From NCBI RefSeq assembly GCF_057098645.1, contig NZ_CM169472.1: a DNA stretch of 64,000 nt. One strand, written 5' to 3'. Positions 1 through 9,745 of the stretch are shown here, piece after piece (the first letter of the stretch is position 1; every line of letters starts with the position of its first letter). A program made the translations under genes and the position numbers. The notes under the pieces were generated by a model. The model saw nothing but the letters and a program-made list of their open reading frames with translations, was not told the origin of the DNA and made no database searches.

Positions 1-78
1 CAGGCGGGCCAGTGACAATGCAGTTGCCGCACCGCCGATCCCGCCTCCCACAATTACTGCGCGTGTCACTTTCGTCAT
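1..78 (-). CDS. mhbM: 3-hydroxybenzoate 6-hydroxylase (FAD monooxygenase), N-terminal 26 codons only; gene runs off window start
   Basis: Reverse-strand ATG at 76-78 preceded by AGGAGAA RBS; translation MTKVTRAVIVGGGIGGAATALSLARL has FAD-binding GxGxxG; position after maleylpyruvate isomerase matches mhbRTDHIM order. Confidence 0.5.
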   Translation of the reverse strand, partial: MTKVTRAVIVGGGIGGAATALSLARL

Positions 79-92
79 TATAGTTCTCCTGG

Positions 93-740
93 TCAGGCTG
101 AAATTTTATCTTGTTGATTTTCTGGCGCTGCGGCAATGAACGCTGGCAGCTGTGTGCAGGCGTCGTACACCGCTTTGCAGCGTGGATACCCGCTCAAATC
201 GCAGTTCATGCGTAGCGCGTTTGCCCACTGCGGGACAAGGCAGCAATCTGCCAGCGTCGGCGTCTCGCCCACACAAAATTGCCCCGACTGGTTCTGGCGC
301 AACAGTTGTTCCACCGCGCTTAACCCTTGCTGGATCCAGTGCGCATACCAACGTTTTTTTTCTTCTTCACTGACGTTCAGTTCTTCGGTCAGGTAGCGCA
401 GCACGCGCAAGTTATTTAATGGATGAATATCACAAGCGATGGCATAGACAATTTCCAGCACCTTGTTGCGGGCCGGTTCTTCCTGCGGCACCAGCGGAAC
501 TTGCGGGTAGTGCCTCTCCAGCCAGTCAATAATCGCCAGCGATTGTCCGAGTGATTGGCCCTCGTCAGTCAGCAGCGTCGGCACCAGCCCGACCGGATTC
601 ATCCGCCGATAGGCCAGTTCATTTTGCTGACCAATACGGATATTCACCCCTTCGGTCTGGTAATTAATGCCTTTCAGCGCCAGCGCAATGCGTACCCGGT
701 ACGACGCTGAACTATTAAAAAAACTGTACAGCTTCATCAT
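93..740 (-). CDS. mhbI: maleylpyruvate isomerase (GST zeta-class)
   Basis: 215 aa ORF; N-terminal SSASYRVRIAL zeta-GST signature; context with gentisate dioxygenase and FAH hydrolase. Confidence 0.75.
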   Translation of the reverse strand: MMKLYSFFNSSASYRVRIALALKGINYQTEGVNIRIGQQNELAYRRMNPVGLVPTLLTDEGQSLGQSLAIIDWLERHYPQVPLVPQEEPARNKVLEIVYAIACDIHPLNNLRVLRYLTEELNVSEEEKKRWYAHWIQQGLSAVEQLLRQNQSGQFCVGETPTLADCCLVPQWANALRMNCDLSGYPRCKAVYDACTQLPAFIAAAPENQQDKISA

Positions 741-745
741 GCACC

Positions 746-1447
746 TCAGACAATCTTCACCGCGATAGGCGTTAAGCCCTCGACGTTGCCTGTGATCACA
801 TCACCTTTCACTACCGGGCCAACCCCTTCCGGCGTACCGGTGAAGATCAGATCGCCCGGTTGCAGCTCAAAGAAGCCTGACAGATAGCTGATGGTTTCAT
901 TCACCGACCAGATGAGATGGCGAATATCGCTGCGCTGATGATCTTCGCCGTTAACCTGTAACCAGATTGGCGCATTATCAATACCGCCGATATCGCGGGC
1001 TTTGTGCAGCGGCGCGATGGGCGCTGAGAGATCAAACGCTTTACCGATTTCCCACGGGCGGCCCATCTGGCGCATTTCCATTTGACGGTCACGCCGAGTC
1101 ATATCAAGACCCGTGGCATAACCCCAGACATATTCATGGGCGTGTTCCAGCGGGATATCGCTGCCTTTTTTACCAATCGCCACTACCAGTTCAATTTCGT
1201 AATGATAGTTATCGGTCTGCGCCGGATATGGCAGCGCCAGCGTTTCGCCAGCGGCGACCGGAATAACGGCATCTGCTGGTTTGCAGAAGAAGAAGGGTGG
1301 TTCACGATCCGGATCAAAGCCCATTTCGCGGGCGTGGGCGGCATAGTTACGCCCGACGCAGTAAACGCGACGCACGGGGAATTGTTTATCACTGCCAACA
1401 ACCGGTACGGTAACGGGCGCTTGTGGTTCGAATACATATTGAGTCAT
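746..1447 (-). CDS. mhbH: fumarylpyruvate hydrolase (fumarylacetoacetate hydrolase family)
   Basis: 233 aa ORF with FAH-family features ([14 protein letters not shown], metal-binding E/D cluster); 5-bp spacing to neighbours implies operon. Confidence 0.75.
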   Translation of the reverse strand: MTQYVFEPQAPVTVPVVGSDKQFPVRRVYCVGRNYAAHAREMGFDPDREPPFFFCKPADAVIPVAAGETLALPYPAQTDNYHYEIELVVAIGKKGSDIPLEHAHEYVWGYATGLDMTRRDRQMEMRQMGRPWEIGKAFDLSAPIAPLHKARDIGGIDNAPIWLQVNGEDHQRSDIRHLIWSVNETISYLSGFFELQPGDLIFTGTPEGVGPVVKGDVITGNVEGLTPIAVKIV

Positions 1448-1462
1448 TTTCTCTCTCCCAAA

Positions 1463-2491
1463 TTAATAACGCGCTTCGCGGAAAAGCCCCAGGGCTTCTT
1501 GTACCGGTCTGTCCGAAAAACTGAATAAAACGGTATCTTGCGTAGTCTGGAATGACACGCCGTGCCAGGTCGGCACCACAAAGATATCTTTTGCACTAAA
1601 GGTGAAGATTTCATTGCCGATGGTGACTTGTCCGCTACCTTCCACTACATGGTAGATAGTGCTGTCAGTGGTGCGCGCCACGCGGGAGGAGAACCCTTTC
1701 GGTAGCAGTTGCAGGAAAGCGCCCATCGACGGCATCGGATAGCCGCCGGTGACCGGGTTGACGTAGCGCATTTTGTAGCCATCCCATTCGTCGGCATCGC
1801 CCATGCGGGTTAAATCGTGCAGCACTTCGCGGCTGCGGTCATAACGATAGTTAAAGATCGGCGAGGAGTTCCCCGTCTGATGGCGCAGCGGCAACATATT
1901 GGCAGCGTAACGCGGCAGGTAATCGCCCTCTTTACGCGTTACCGGTTGTTGATCTTCCGGGTAATCTTCGGCAAAACCGCAGCCCAGAGTGTTCACTAAT
2001 GGCAGATCCAACCCATCGAGCCAGATAACCGGTTCGTCGCCAGGGTTGCCGTGATCGTGCCAGCGCCACTGCGGGGTCAGGATAAAATCGCCCTCATTCA
2101 TTGGCGTGCGTTCGCCGTCAACGGCGGTAAATGCCCCTTTGCCTTCAACAATAAAACGCAGCGCCGACTGGTTATGACGATGACTCGGTGCCACTTCGCC
2201 CGGCATGATCAGTTGCAAACCGGCATATAAAGTCGCGGTGATGGAAGACTGCCCTCGCAGCGCCGGGTTTTCCAGTACCAGCACGCGGCGCACCGCCTCT
2301 TTCGCGCCAATCAGGCTGCCGCTCTCCAGCAGCAGCGGGCGGATCTCCTGATAATTCCAGTACGCTGGCGCACAGTTAGCGTTGGGCGTTTTCGGCACCA
2401 GATGGTGCAGTGACTCCCACAGCGGGGTCAGGTTTTGCCCGGAAATATGCTGATAAAATTGTTCACGGCTATTTTGATTGTTATCAGTCAT
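1463..2491 (-). CDS. mhbD: gentisate 1,2-dioxygenase (bicupin)
   Basis: 342 aa ORF; cupin His motifs ([15 protein letters not shown]); flanked by FAH hydrolase and MFS transporter. Confidence 0.8.
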   Translation of the reverse strand: MTDNNQNSREQFYQHISGQNLTPLWESLHHLVPKTPNANCAPAYWNYQEIRPLLLESGSLIGAKEAVRRVLVLENPALRGQSSITATLYAGLQLIMPGEVAPSHRHNQSALRFIVEGKGAFTAVDGERTPMNEGDFILTPQWRWHDHGNPGDEPVIWLDGLDLPLVNTLGCGFAEDYPEDQQPVTRKEGDYLPRYAANMLPLRHQTGNSSPIFNYRYDRSREVLHDLTRMGDADEWDGYKMRYVNPVTGGYPMPSMGAFLQLLPKGFSSRVARTTDSTIYHVVEGSGQVTIGNEIFTFSAKDIFVVPTWHGVSFQTTQDTVLFSFSDRPVQEALGLFREARY

Positions 2492-2502
2492 TGGGATGCT
2501 CC

Positions 2503-3861
2503 TTATTCGTTCACAACACCTGCGTGAGGCAGTGAGTCAGGGATAGAGGTCGACTGGCGAACCACGGTGATCAACAGGGTTAACATCACCGCACTGATCG
2601 CCGCAGGCACAGCGATAATGAAAAACAGGGTGTCGAAAGAGAAATTCATCGCCATCATCACGCCGCCAGACAGCGAGCCAACAATCGCGCCGCAGCGGCC
2701 CACGGCGTTTGACCAGCTCACGCCCGTGGCGCGACTTTGTGTTGGATAAAGTGTTGCGGTCAGCGCATTCAGCCCCACCTGCGATCCGCTGATGCCAATG
2801 CCGGTGCCGAAAATCGCCAGCGCCATCAGCCATAATCCATCCTGGCTTAAGCCAATCATCACGATGCATATAGCGCCTGTGGCATAGCTCAGCGCCAGTA
2901 CGCGGAAAGGATTGAACTTATCCATCAGCACGCCCAGCGCCAGCGCGCCCAACGTACCGCCAATCTGGAACGCGGCGGTAACCCAGGAGGCATGTTGCAG
3001 GTCGATGCCGCGATGGTTGAGCAGCGTTGGCATCCAGCTTGAGAGCAGGTAAATAATCAGCAAGCTCATAAAGAACACCACCCACAGCATCAACGTGATG
3101 GGTAACTGACGCCCCATAAACAGTTGACGAATGCTGCCTTTTGTAACGGAGGCTGATTCAATGAGATAAAACTGGGTATCGACATAACGCTCGCGGGTGA
3201 TGGCGCTGACGGTTTTCGCAATCACCGCCTGGGGTAGCTGGCGGCGCACTTGCCAGCGTGGCGATTCCGGCAGAACCACCAGCAGTGCAACAAACAGCAT
3301 CAGCGGTAATACGCCACCCAACACCAGGATCCCGTGCCAGCCAATCACCGGCACCAGCTGCGCGCTGACAATCCCGCCAACCGCCGAACCCAGGGTAAAG
3401 CCGCAAAACATCAGCGTCACCAGCGCGCCGCGGCGGCGGGCAGGCAGATATTCCGAGGTCATGGTGATGGTGTTCGGCATCGCGCCGCCCAGACCCAAGC
3501 CGGTGAGAAAGCGCAGGAAGACCAGAGTTTGCAGATCCGGAGAGAAAGCTGAGGCGAGGCTTAACGCGCCAAACAAAAAGACGCACAGCTCAATCACCCG
3601 CTTGCGACCAAAGCGATCGGACAACGGGCCACAAAGCAGTGCGCCTGCGGTTAACCCCAGCAGACCCGCGCCAAAAAGCGGGGCGAGATCGCCTGCGGTG
3701 AGTTGCCAGTGAGTGCGAATATCAGGGGCGATAAATCCGATAGCCGCGGTGTCAAAACCATCGAGCATTACCACCAGAAAACAGCAGATGATAACGCGCC
3801 ACTGCATCTTGCCGACCGGAGCAGCATCGATAAGTGCTTGTAGATCACGTCGTTGAGTCAT
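2503..3861 (-). CDS. mhbT: MFS aromatic acid (3-hydroxybenzoate/gentisate) transporter
   Basis: 452 aa, multiple TM segments, MFS motif [12 protein letters not shown]; first gene of minus-strand catabolic operon. Confidence 0.75.
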   Translation of the reverse strand: MTQRRDLQALIDAAPVGKMQWRVIICCFLVVMLDGFDTAAIGFIAPDIRTHWQLTAGDLAPLFGAGLLGLTAGALLCGPLSDRFGRKRVIELCVFLFGALSLASAFSPDLQTLVFLRFLTGLGLGGAMPNTITMTSEYLPARRRGALVTLMFCGFTLGSAVGGIVSAQLVPVIGWHGILVLGGVLPLMLFVALLVVLPESPRWQVRRQLPQAVIAKTVSAITRERYVDTQFYLIESASVTKGSIRQLFMGRQLPITLMLWVVFFMSLLIIYLLSSWMPTLLNHRGIDLQHASWVTAAFQIGGTLGALALGVLMDKFNPFRVLALSYATGAICIVMIGLSQDGLWLMALAIFGTGIGISGSQVGLNALTATLYPTQSRATGVSWSNAVGRCGAIVGSLSGGVMMAMNFSFDTLFFIIAVPAAISAVMLTLLITVVRQSTSIPDSLPHAGVVNE

Positions 3862-3987
3862 AGTAAATGCCTCAGTGCAGGTAAGGTAGATGTTTCTTTT
3901 GTTTTGTATATGTTGCGATATTGTGATTAAAGAGATGAAATGTACAATGGCATTTCGGGCAGAGAGATAACCTGGAGGTTATGGTAA
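3862..3987. promoter_or_regulatory. divergent mhbR / mhbT control region with candidate LysR-type operator (ATTGTGA-N14-TGTACAAT, approx 3920-3950)
   Basis: 126-bp AT-rich spacer between divergently transcribed LysR gene and operon; imperfect inverted repeat of T-N11-A type seen by eye. Confidence 0.35.
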
Positions 3988-4896
3988 ATGGCGAACTGGG
4001 CGCAAAAATTAAAACTACATCACCTTGAAATGCTGGTGGCGTTGGGTGAACAGGGCAATCTGACCCATGTCGCACGAATGATGAATATCACCCAACCTGC
4101 GCTTTCGAAATGGTTGTCACAACTCGAAGATGAGATTGGAATCACACTTTTTGAGCGGCACAGCAAAGGATTACGTCCGACTGAAGGCGGCAAATTGTTA
4201 TTGCAACATGCCCAACGGTTAATCAATGACATGGAGCGATCGCAACATGAACTGGCCCGTTTTAAACAAGGTGGACTGGTCGGCAGTCTGAAAATTGGCT
4301 GTTCTCCCGTCGCCACTGACTGCGTATCCCAGGCGATTTTGCATTTGCTTACGAAGATGCCAACTCTACACCTGAATATCGAAGAGAAGGTGATGACCCC
4401 ATTGCTGCAAGATCTGTTGGCAGGTTCTGTCGACGTGGTCGTTGGGCGAATTGGCGGTCGCGCCTTGCAACTGCCACTGAATTATCAGGTGCTGTACACC
4501 GAGCCAGTATGCTTTGTCGCCAGCCCTGAGCACCCACTGGCGAAATACGCCACCCTCAGTTGGAATGATCTTGCCAACTGGCGCTGGATCGTCTGGCCGA
4601 CGGGTACCCCCATTCGCATTAGTATTGATAATGCGCTGGTAGACCACGGCGTAATGCTGCCAGAAAACACGATTGAGTCGGCGTCGATGAACGTCAGTAC
4701 CAACCTGTTACAAAGCAGCGATATGATCTCTATTTTGTCATTACGCCTGGCGCAACGTTATGCCAGCCAGGGACAACTGGTGATACTCAACCTGCCAAAG
4801 ATAGAACAGAAAGGCAGCGTCGGTGTGTTCTGGCGCAATAACGAAACGCCTTCTTATGCTTTAAGTCAGTTTCTGCACTTTTTACAGCAGAATTAG
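3988..4896 (+). CDS. mhbR: LysR-family transcriptional regulator of the gentisate operon
   Basis: 302 aa; N-terminal HTH (LTHVARMMNITQPALSKWLSQLE) typical of LysR; divergent from catabolic operon. Confidence 0.8.
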   Translation: MANWAQKLKLHHLEMLVALGEQGNLTHVARMMNITQPALSKWLSQLEDEIGITLFERHSKGLRPTEGGKLLLQHAQRLINDMERSQHELARFKQGGLVGSLKIGCSPVATDCVSQAILHLLTKMPTLHLNIEEKVMTPLLQDLLAGSVDVVVGRIGGRALQLPLNYQVLYTEPVCFVASPEHPLAKYATLSWNDLANWRWIVWPTGTPIRISIDNALVDHGVMLPENTIESASMNVSTNLLQSSDMISILSLRLAQRYASQGQLVILNLPKIEQKGSVGVFWRNNETPSYALSQFLHFLQQN

Positions 4897-5149
4897 TGTG
4901 CTGAACTGGGCATTCGCACGATGTTACTTCCCTGTAATTCAACGATGCGTAATTTTTCGGGGAATCGTGCACTGTGATAAGGCGTGATCTTTCATGGGGT
5001 GAAAATCCCACCAGGTGACTGTCGTTCCAGCCGGTAGCAGTCAAAGCAGTCGTGTGGGTAACAAAGCGGCTGATGTATTTGATGAAGAAGCTGTAGGTGT
5101 TTCAGTGAGTATACAGGTCATAATGTGAGTGAATCTGAGCAGGCCTCGA

Positions 5150-5930
5150 AAGAACCAATTGGAAGGACAACCCATTAGGAATTCCCAGAAAACAAGACAG
5201 GCATAGTGAGATGTGATCTAATTGATTGTGCTAGCAATTTCAAGGATATCACCACTATGCCTGCACGTTCATTATGCCAAAAATTCCTTAAAAACATACT
5301 GGCCACTTTGCATTTCTACCATCAAAAATCACTGATTGACGCAACAAATGCTGTAATAAATGGCGCTTCCCTCACGCTTAGCAGCATCGGGCGTCATTTA
5401 ACCAGACAGCATTAGTTAAAAACAAGATAAAGCGGGTGGATTGACCGTTGGGGAATTCTCAACTGAAAAATGATCTTCCCACCATTTTTCAGTTGGTTAC
5501 TCAAAAAAATACGCTGAGAATGTTCGTGTTGTTGTACGCCTTCGCCAGCAGTGGCAGGATGTTCAGGAGGAGTGTCGGCAGGCAGAGGTCGGATCAGGAG
5601 AGCGGCTGCGTAATGCCCTGCTGAATGTGGATTATACCACCAGTTTTGAACTGCCTTTTCGTCTGCTTTTAACCCGCACGTCACAGCTGATTGCTGTGCT
5701 TTGGGAAGAATGGGATATCAGCCAGAAAAATGTGGTGTTTAACGATAAACGCTTTGGTTGCGTGTATAGCCTGAAGGCCAGTCTTTCCGGCGTGCGGATA
5801 CATTCCGGTATCATCTGTCTCACCGTATTCGCCGGATGGTTGGGAATGAAATACATCATCGCCTTGGCAGCAGATTGCCCGGAAAGTGAAAGCGCTCCGT
5901 GAATGACTTAAGTATGCGCTAGAGGAGGGA
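5150..5930 (+). mobile_element. degenerate IS4-family (IS10-like) transposase remnant, frameshifted and 3'-truncated
   Basis: Short ORFs 5206-5415 and 5627-5902 carry IS10-like N-terminal motifs (ASLTLSSIGRHL cf. IS10 TLTLTELGRNL; IAVLWEEWDISQK cf. IVLVDWSDIREQK); boundaries approximate. Confidence 0.4.
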
Positions 5931-6082
5931 TTACTGGTGACCGCACTGGACGGTCTGTTCTGGTCTGGTAGTCAGCGTATTGCGGAAGATATTCTGTGTC
6001 GTTACGGGGAAGTCATCTTCACAGGGATCTTCAGTCAGTTAGTATTACCGACATTCATTCACCAACTTACCGGAGATAATCG

Positions 6083-6412
6083 ATGTCAAAACCCCGATGG
6101 ACCATTGAACAGAAAAGGCAGCACGTTGCTGCCTGGCGCGCCAGTGGTCTTACACGTCAGCAATACTGTGAACTCAACGATATTCCCTTCACATCACTTC
6201 GCGAATGGCCGCAGGATGTCGCAAAAGCTGAACGCCGGGCAAATGAACCGACCGTTCTTCCCGTTCATATTGCGCCACCACTGCATGCTGATGTACCACA
6301 GCCCGTCACGAATGAGCCAGTCACGCTCTTCCTTCCCGGCGGAGTACGGATGTGCTGTCAGCCGTCACAACTTACCGATGTCTTCAGGGCGCTCAAATAT
6401 GCTCAGTCCTGA
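6083..6412 (+). CDS. IS66-family accessory protein TnpA (orf1)
   Basis: 109 aa, HTH-like (WTIEQKRQHVAAWRASGLTRQQYCELNDI); stop overlaps tnpB start. Confidence 0.65.
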   Translation: MSKPRWTIEQKRQHVAAWRASGLTRQQYCELNDIPFTSLREWPQDVAKAERRANEPTVLPVHIAPPLHADVPQPVTNEPVTLFLPGGVRMCCQPSQLTDVFRALKYAQS

Positions 6413-6791
6413 TAATGTCTTCATCGCGATTAAACCTGTTGACATGCGCCGGGGCATCGACACACTGACGCAGTATATACAGGATGAACTCCGGTCGACA
6501 TGGCATGAGGGAGCCGCCTTCGTCTTTGTTAACAAAGACCGTTCGCGTATCAAAGTTCTCCGGTGGGATAAACACGGGGTGTGGTTGTGTACCCGCCGTC
6601 TTCACAAAGGCAGCTTCCGCTGGCCACGTGCAAATGATGCTGCCTGGCACCTCACTCCCGACGAGTTTAACTGGCTGATTGCCGGTGTTGACTGGCAGCA
6701 GGTTAAGGGACATGGCCTGACGAAATGGGTCTGGCAAAATGAACCTGAACTGCGCCCTGAAAACACGCAAAACACACTGCTAACTCACTGA
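6399..6791 (+). CDS. IS66-family TnpB (orf2)
   Basis: In-frame ATG at 6399 within track ORF 5937-6791; sequence MLSPDNVFIAIKPVDMRRGIDTL... resembles IS66 orf2. Confidence 0.6.
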   Translation: MLSPDNVFIAIKPVDMRRGIDTLTQYIQDELRSTWHEGAAFVFVNKDRSRIKVLRWDKHGVWLCTRRLHKGSFRWPRANDAAWHLTPDEFNWLIAGVDWQQVKGHGLTKWVWQNEPELRPENTQNTLLTH

Positions 6792-6797
6792 AAAATA

Positions 6798-7845
6798 ATG
6801 AATATTCGTATCCGGAGTGGTATGCTCCCCTGTATGGATATCTCCGCTCTCAACACCACGAATGACATCGAAAAACTGCGTGCTATGGCACTTGCCATGG
6901 TACAAAAAGTCATGTCGGAGAATGCCGAAAAAGAGCGGGAATTACTGGAGAAAAGCCGGCGCATCCAGCTTCTGGAAGAAATGCTGAAACTGGTTCGTCA
7001 ACAGCGCTTCGGTAAAAAATGTGAAACGCTGGCTGGTATGCAACGCTCCCTGTTCGAAGAGGATGTTGATGTCGATATCGCCGAGCTCACCGCACATCTG
7101 GATAAACTGCTCCCGCAATCCCCTGAAGAAGACGAAAAAGCGTCCCGTTCACGCCCGATACGCAAACCCTTACCGGCTCATCTTCCACGGGTGGAAAAAA
7201 TTATCCAGCCGGACACTGACCATTGCCCTGAATGTGACGAGCCGCTGCACTATATCCGTGATGCGGTGAGTGAAAAGCTGGAGTATATTCCCGCTCACTT
7301 TGTGGTGAACTGTTATGTCCGTCCGCAATACAGTTGTCCCTGTTGCCAGAAGGTGTTCAGCGGTGAAATGCCGGCACATATCCTCCCGAAAAGTGCCGTT
7401 GAGCCATCAGTCATCGCACAGGTGATCATCAATAAATACGGTGAGCACCTGCCTCTGTATCGCCAGCAACAGGTCTTTGCCCGTTCAGATGTCGGACTGC
7501 CCGTCAGTTCGATGGCTGACATGGTTGGCGCGGCAGGGGCCGCATTATCCCCCCTCGCGGCGTTACTCCATCGCGAATTGATAAGCCGTCCGGTGGTGCA
7601 TGCAGATGAGACTACCCTGAAGATCCTGAACACGAAGAAAGGCGGTAAATCCTGCTCCGGTTATCTGTGGGCATACGTCAGTGGAGAAAGGACGGGACCG
7701 TCAGTTGTGTGCTTCGACTGCCGGACCGGACGTAGCCATGAGTATCCTGAAAACTGGCTTCAGGGCTGGGGCGGGACGCTGGTTGTCGACGGACATAAAG
7801 CTTACCGGACTCTGGCAAACAAAGTGCCGGAGCTGGCGAATATCA
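6798..7845 (+). pseudogene. IS66-family transposase TnpC, C-terminally truncated (about 350 of about 520 aa)
   Basis: Coiled-coil N-term, zinc finger CPECDE...CPCCQ, DDE motifs; homology ends after LVVDGHKAYRTLANKVPEL where a Gly/Ala-rich PT-VENN-like sequence begins. Confidence 0.6.
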
Positions 7846-8441
7846 TCGGTCATCACGCGGGTATTGATGACAATACAGCGGCAAAAGCCATTGCCCATGC
7901 CATTCTCGGTGGTGTGACAGCAGCCCTTCAGGGCAACAGTGCGGCAGCAGGCGCAATTGGTGCGGGTACTGGTGAAGTGATCTCGTCAGCCATTGCGAAA
8001 AGCCTCTACCCGGACGTAGATCCGTCGAAACTGACAGAAGATCAGAAGCAAACCGTAAGCACGCTGGCAACGCTGTCAGCGGGTATGGCTGGCGGCATTG
8101 CCAGTGGCGATGTGGCTGGCACAGCTGCAGGGGCTGGTGTTGGGAAGAACATTGCTGAGAATAACTTGGTTGGTGGCACAGAGTCCGAGCAGAGCAAAGC
8201 TGCTCAGACGCATGGCGCAGATGTACTTTCCTGTAACGATGCTCCAGGCGGTGAAGCCTGTAAGCGAGGAGAAGCAGTCAATAAAGCGTATGCCGGAGCG
8301 TTGGCCACTGGTAGTGTAGCTCTCTTACCTGGCGGTGCTCAGGCCATGTGGGCTCTTGGCACAGGTGCAAATGCAGGAATTGGTTACATGGTAGATAGTT
8401 CAGTTGATCCTGAAAATGCAATCATTGCAGGATGGGTCTGA
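7846..8441 (+). pseudogene. orphan CdiA-CT-like toxin fragment: pretoxin PT-VENN-like region (AENN) plus about 90 aa of CT N-terminal region, cut by IS629
   Basis: KLTEDQKQTVSTLATLSAGMAGGIASGDVAGTAAGAGVGKNIAENN resembles CdiA pretoxin region ending in VENN-type motif; two Cys after motif; reading frame ends at TGA that is first triplet of IS629 IR. Confidence 0.5.
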
Positions 8442-8480
8442 ACCGCCCCGGGTTTCCTGGAGAGTGTTTTATCTGTGAAC

Positions 8481-9371
8481 TCAGGCTGCCAGATCATCGT
8501 TTCCGATGGAAGCATAATAAGCTTTTTCTGCTTCTGCCGGAGGAGTATGGCCCAGCCTTTCCAGCAATCGTCGATTGTTATACCAGTCCACCCACGTGAG
8601 TGTGGCCAGTTCCACTTCTGCACGGTTTTTCCAGCTCTTACGGTGTATTACCTCCGCTTTGTAAAGACCATTGATGCTCTCCGCCATCGCGTTGTCATAC
8701 GAGTCGCCTGTACTTCCTGTTGATGCCAGTAATCCGGCTTCCTTAAGCCGCTGTGTGTAGGCCAGCGATACATACTGAGAACCTTTATCACTGTGATGGA
8801 CCGTGCCGGACGGTCGACGGGCCCATAACGCCTGCTCCAGTGCATCCAGCACGAATGTCGTCTCCATGGACGATGAGACCCGCCACCCCACAATGTATCC
8901 GGCAAACACATCAATGATGAACGCCACATAGACGAAGCCCTGCCATGTGCTGACGTAAGTAAAATCAGCCACCCACAGCTGGTCAGGTCGTTCTGCCACG
9001 AACTGACGGTTTACGCGGTCGCCTGCGGCAACGGCTTTCCGGCTGATGGTCGTACGGACCTTTTTACCCCGGAGAACACCGGCAAGTCCCATAACCGCCA
9101 TGAGACGTGCCACAGTGCATCTGGCCACTCTGATACCTTCCCGTAACAACTGACGCCAGACTTTACGCACACCGTATACCTTGTGATTTTCATCGTATAC
9201 GCGCTGTATCTCTTTCTTCAGCCAGTCATCGCGCTGCGCACGGGCACTGCGTTTATCCGGATGATGTCGCTGTTGCTGACAGTGGTAATACGTTGACGGG
9301 GCAATATGCAGTTCGCTGCATAGCGGTCCGACCCCGTACTGCTCACGCAGCTTATCCAGCAGTGGCATCAT
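8481..9371 (-). CDS. IS629 transposase OrfB (DDE integrase domain)
   Basis: 296 aa with DDE motifs ([25 protein letters not shown]); start overlaps orfA stop; expressed as OrfAB by -1 frameshift. Confidence 0.85.
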   Translation of the reverse strand: MMPLLDKLREQYGVGPLCSELHIAPSTYYHCQQQRHHPDKRSARAQRDDWLKKEIQRVYDENHKVYGVRKVWRQLLREGIRVARCTVARLMAVMGLAGVLRGKKVRTTISRKAVAAGDRVNRQFVAERPDQLWVADFTYVSTWQGFVYVAFIIDVFAGYIVGWRVSSSMETTFVLDALEQALWARRPSGTVHHSDKGSQYVSLAYTQRLKEAGLLASTGSTGDSYDNAMAESINGLYKAEVIHRKSWKNRAEVELATLTWVDWYNNRRLLERLGHTPPAEAEKAYYASIGNDDLAA

Positions 9372-9694
9372 TTTTTCCAGAGGCGGTCGAACTCCGCCTT
9401 CGCAAAATAAGCGGAAGCCTGGCGAAGGATATCGTTACTGCGGCGCAGTTCACGATTTTCACGCTCCAGCTCTTTCAGACGCTGACGTTCAGCGGTGGTG
9501 AGCCCTCCATCACCGCCCCCGGTATCCCGCTCATGCTGGCGAACCCAGACACGCAGAGTCTCCGGCGTACAGCCAATCTTTGGAGCAATGGAACAAATTG
9601 TCGCCCATTGTGAGTCATATTCGCCCTGACTTTCCAGAACCATACGGACTGCCCGTTGACGGACTTCAGGGGAAAAACGAGTATTTTTAGTCAT
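9368..9694 (-). CDS. IS629 OrfA (HTH / leucine zipper)
   Basis: 108 aa [19 protein letters not shown]...; A6 slippery run (minus-strand GGAAAAAATGATG, approx 9366-9380) at orfA/orfB overlap. Confidence 0.85.
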   Translation of the reverse strand: MTKNTRFSPEVRQRAVRMVLESQGEYDSQWATICSIAPKIGCTPETLRVWVRQHERDTGGGDGGLTTAERQRLKELERENRELRRSNDILRQASAYFAKAEFDRLWKK

Positions 9695-9745
9695 CCTGTT
9701 TACCTCTTTCTCAGGAAGTTTAGTCTCCAGGATTCCCGGGGCGGT

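Larger units (their letters stand above)
5935..7845 (+). mobile_element. IS66-family insertion sequence, 3'-truncated (tnpA, tnpB, partial tnpC)
   Basis: Three-ORF IS66 organisation: tnpA-like 6083-6412, overlapping tnpB-like 6399-6791, tnpC with CxxC...CxxC zinc finger and DDE region (HADETT, GYLWAYVS) ending near 7845; left boundary not verified. Confidence 0.6.

Noticed and set aside
5937-6791. 284-aa ORF spanning the IS66 tnpA/tnpB region
   Set aside because: Its first about 150 codons are an out-of-frame read across tnpA; the biologically sensible genes are tnpA 6083-6412 and tnpB from the in-frame ATG at 6399.
6798-8441. 547-aa ORF as a single genuine protein
   Set aside because: The N-terminal two thirds is an IS66 TnpC lacking its C-terminus and the rest is an unrelated PT-VENN toxin stub; it is a chimeric read-through created by truncation, so it is split into two pseudogene features.
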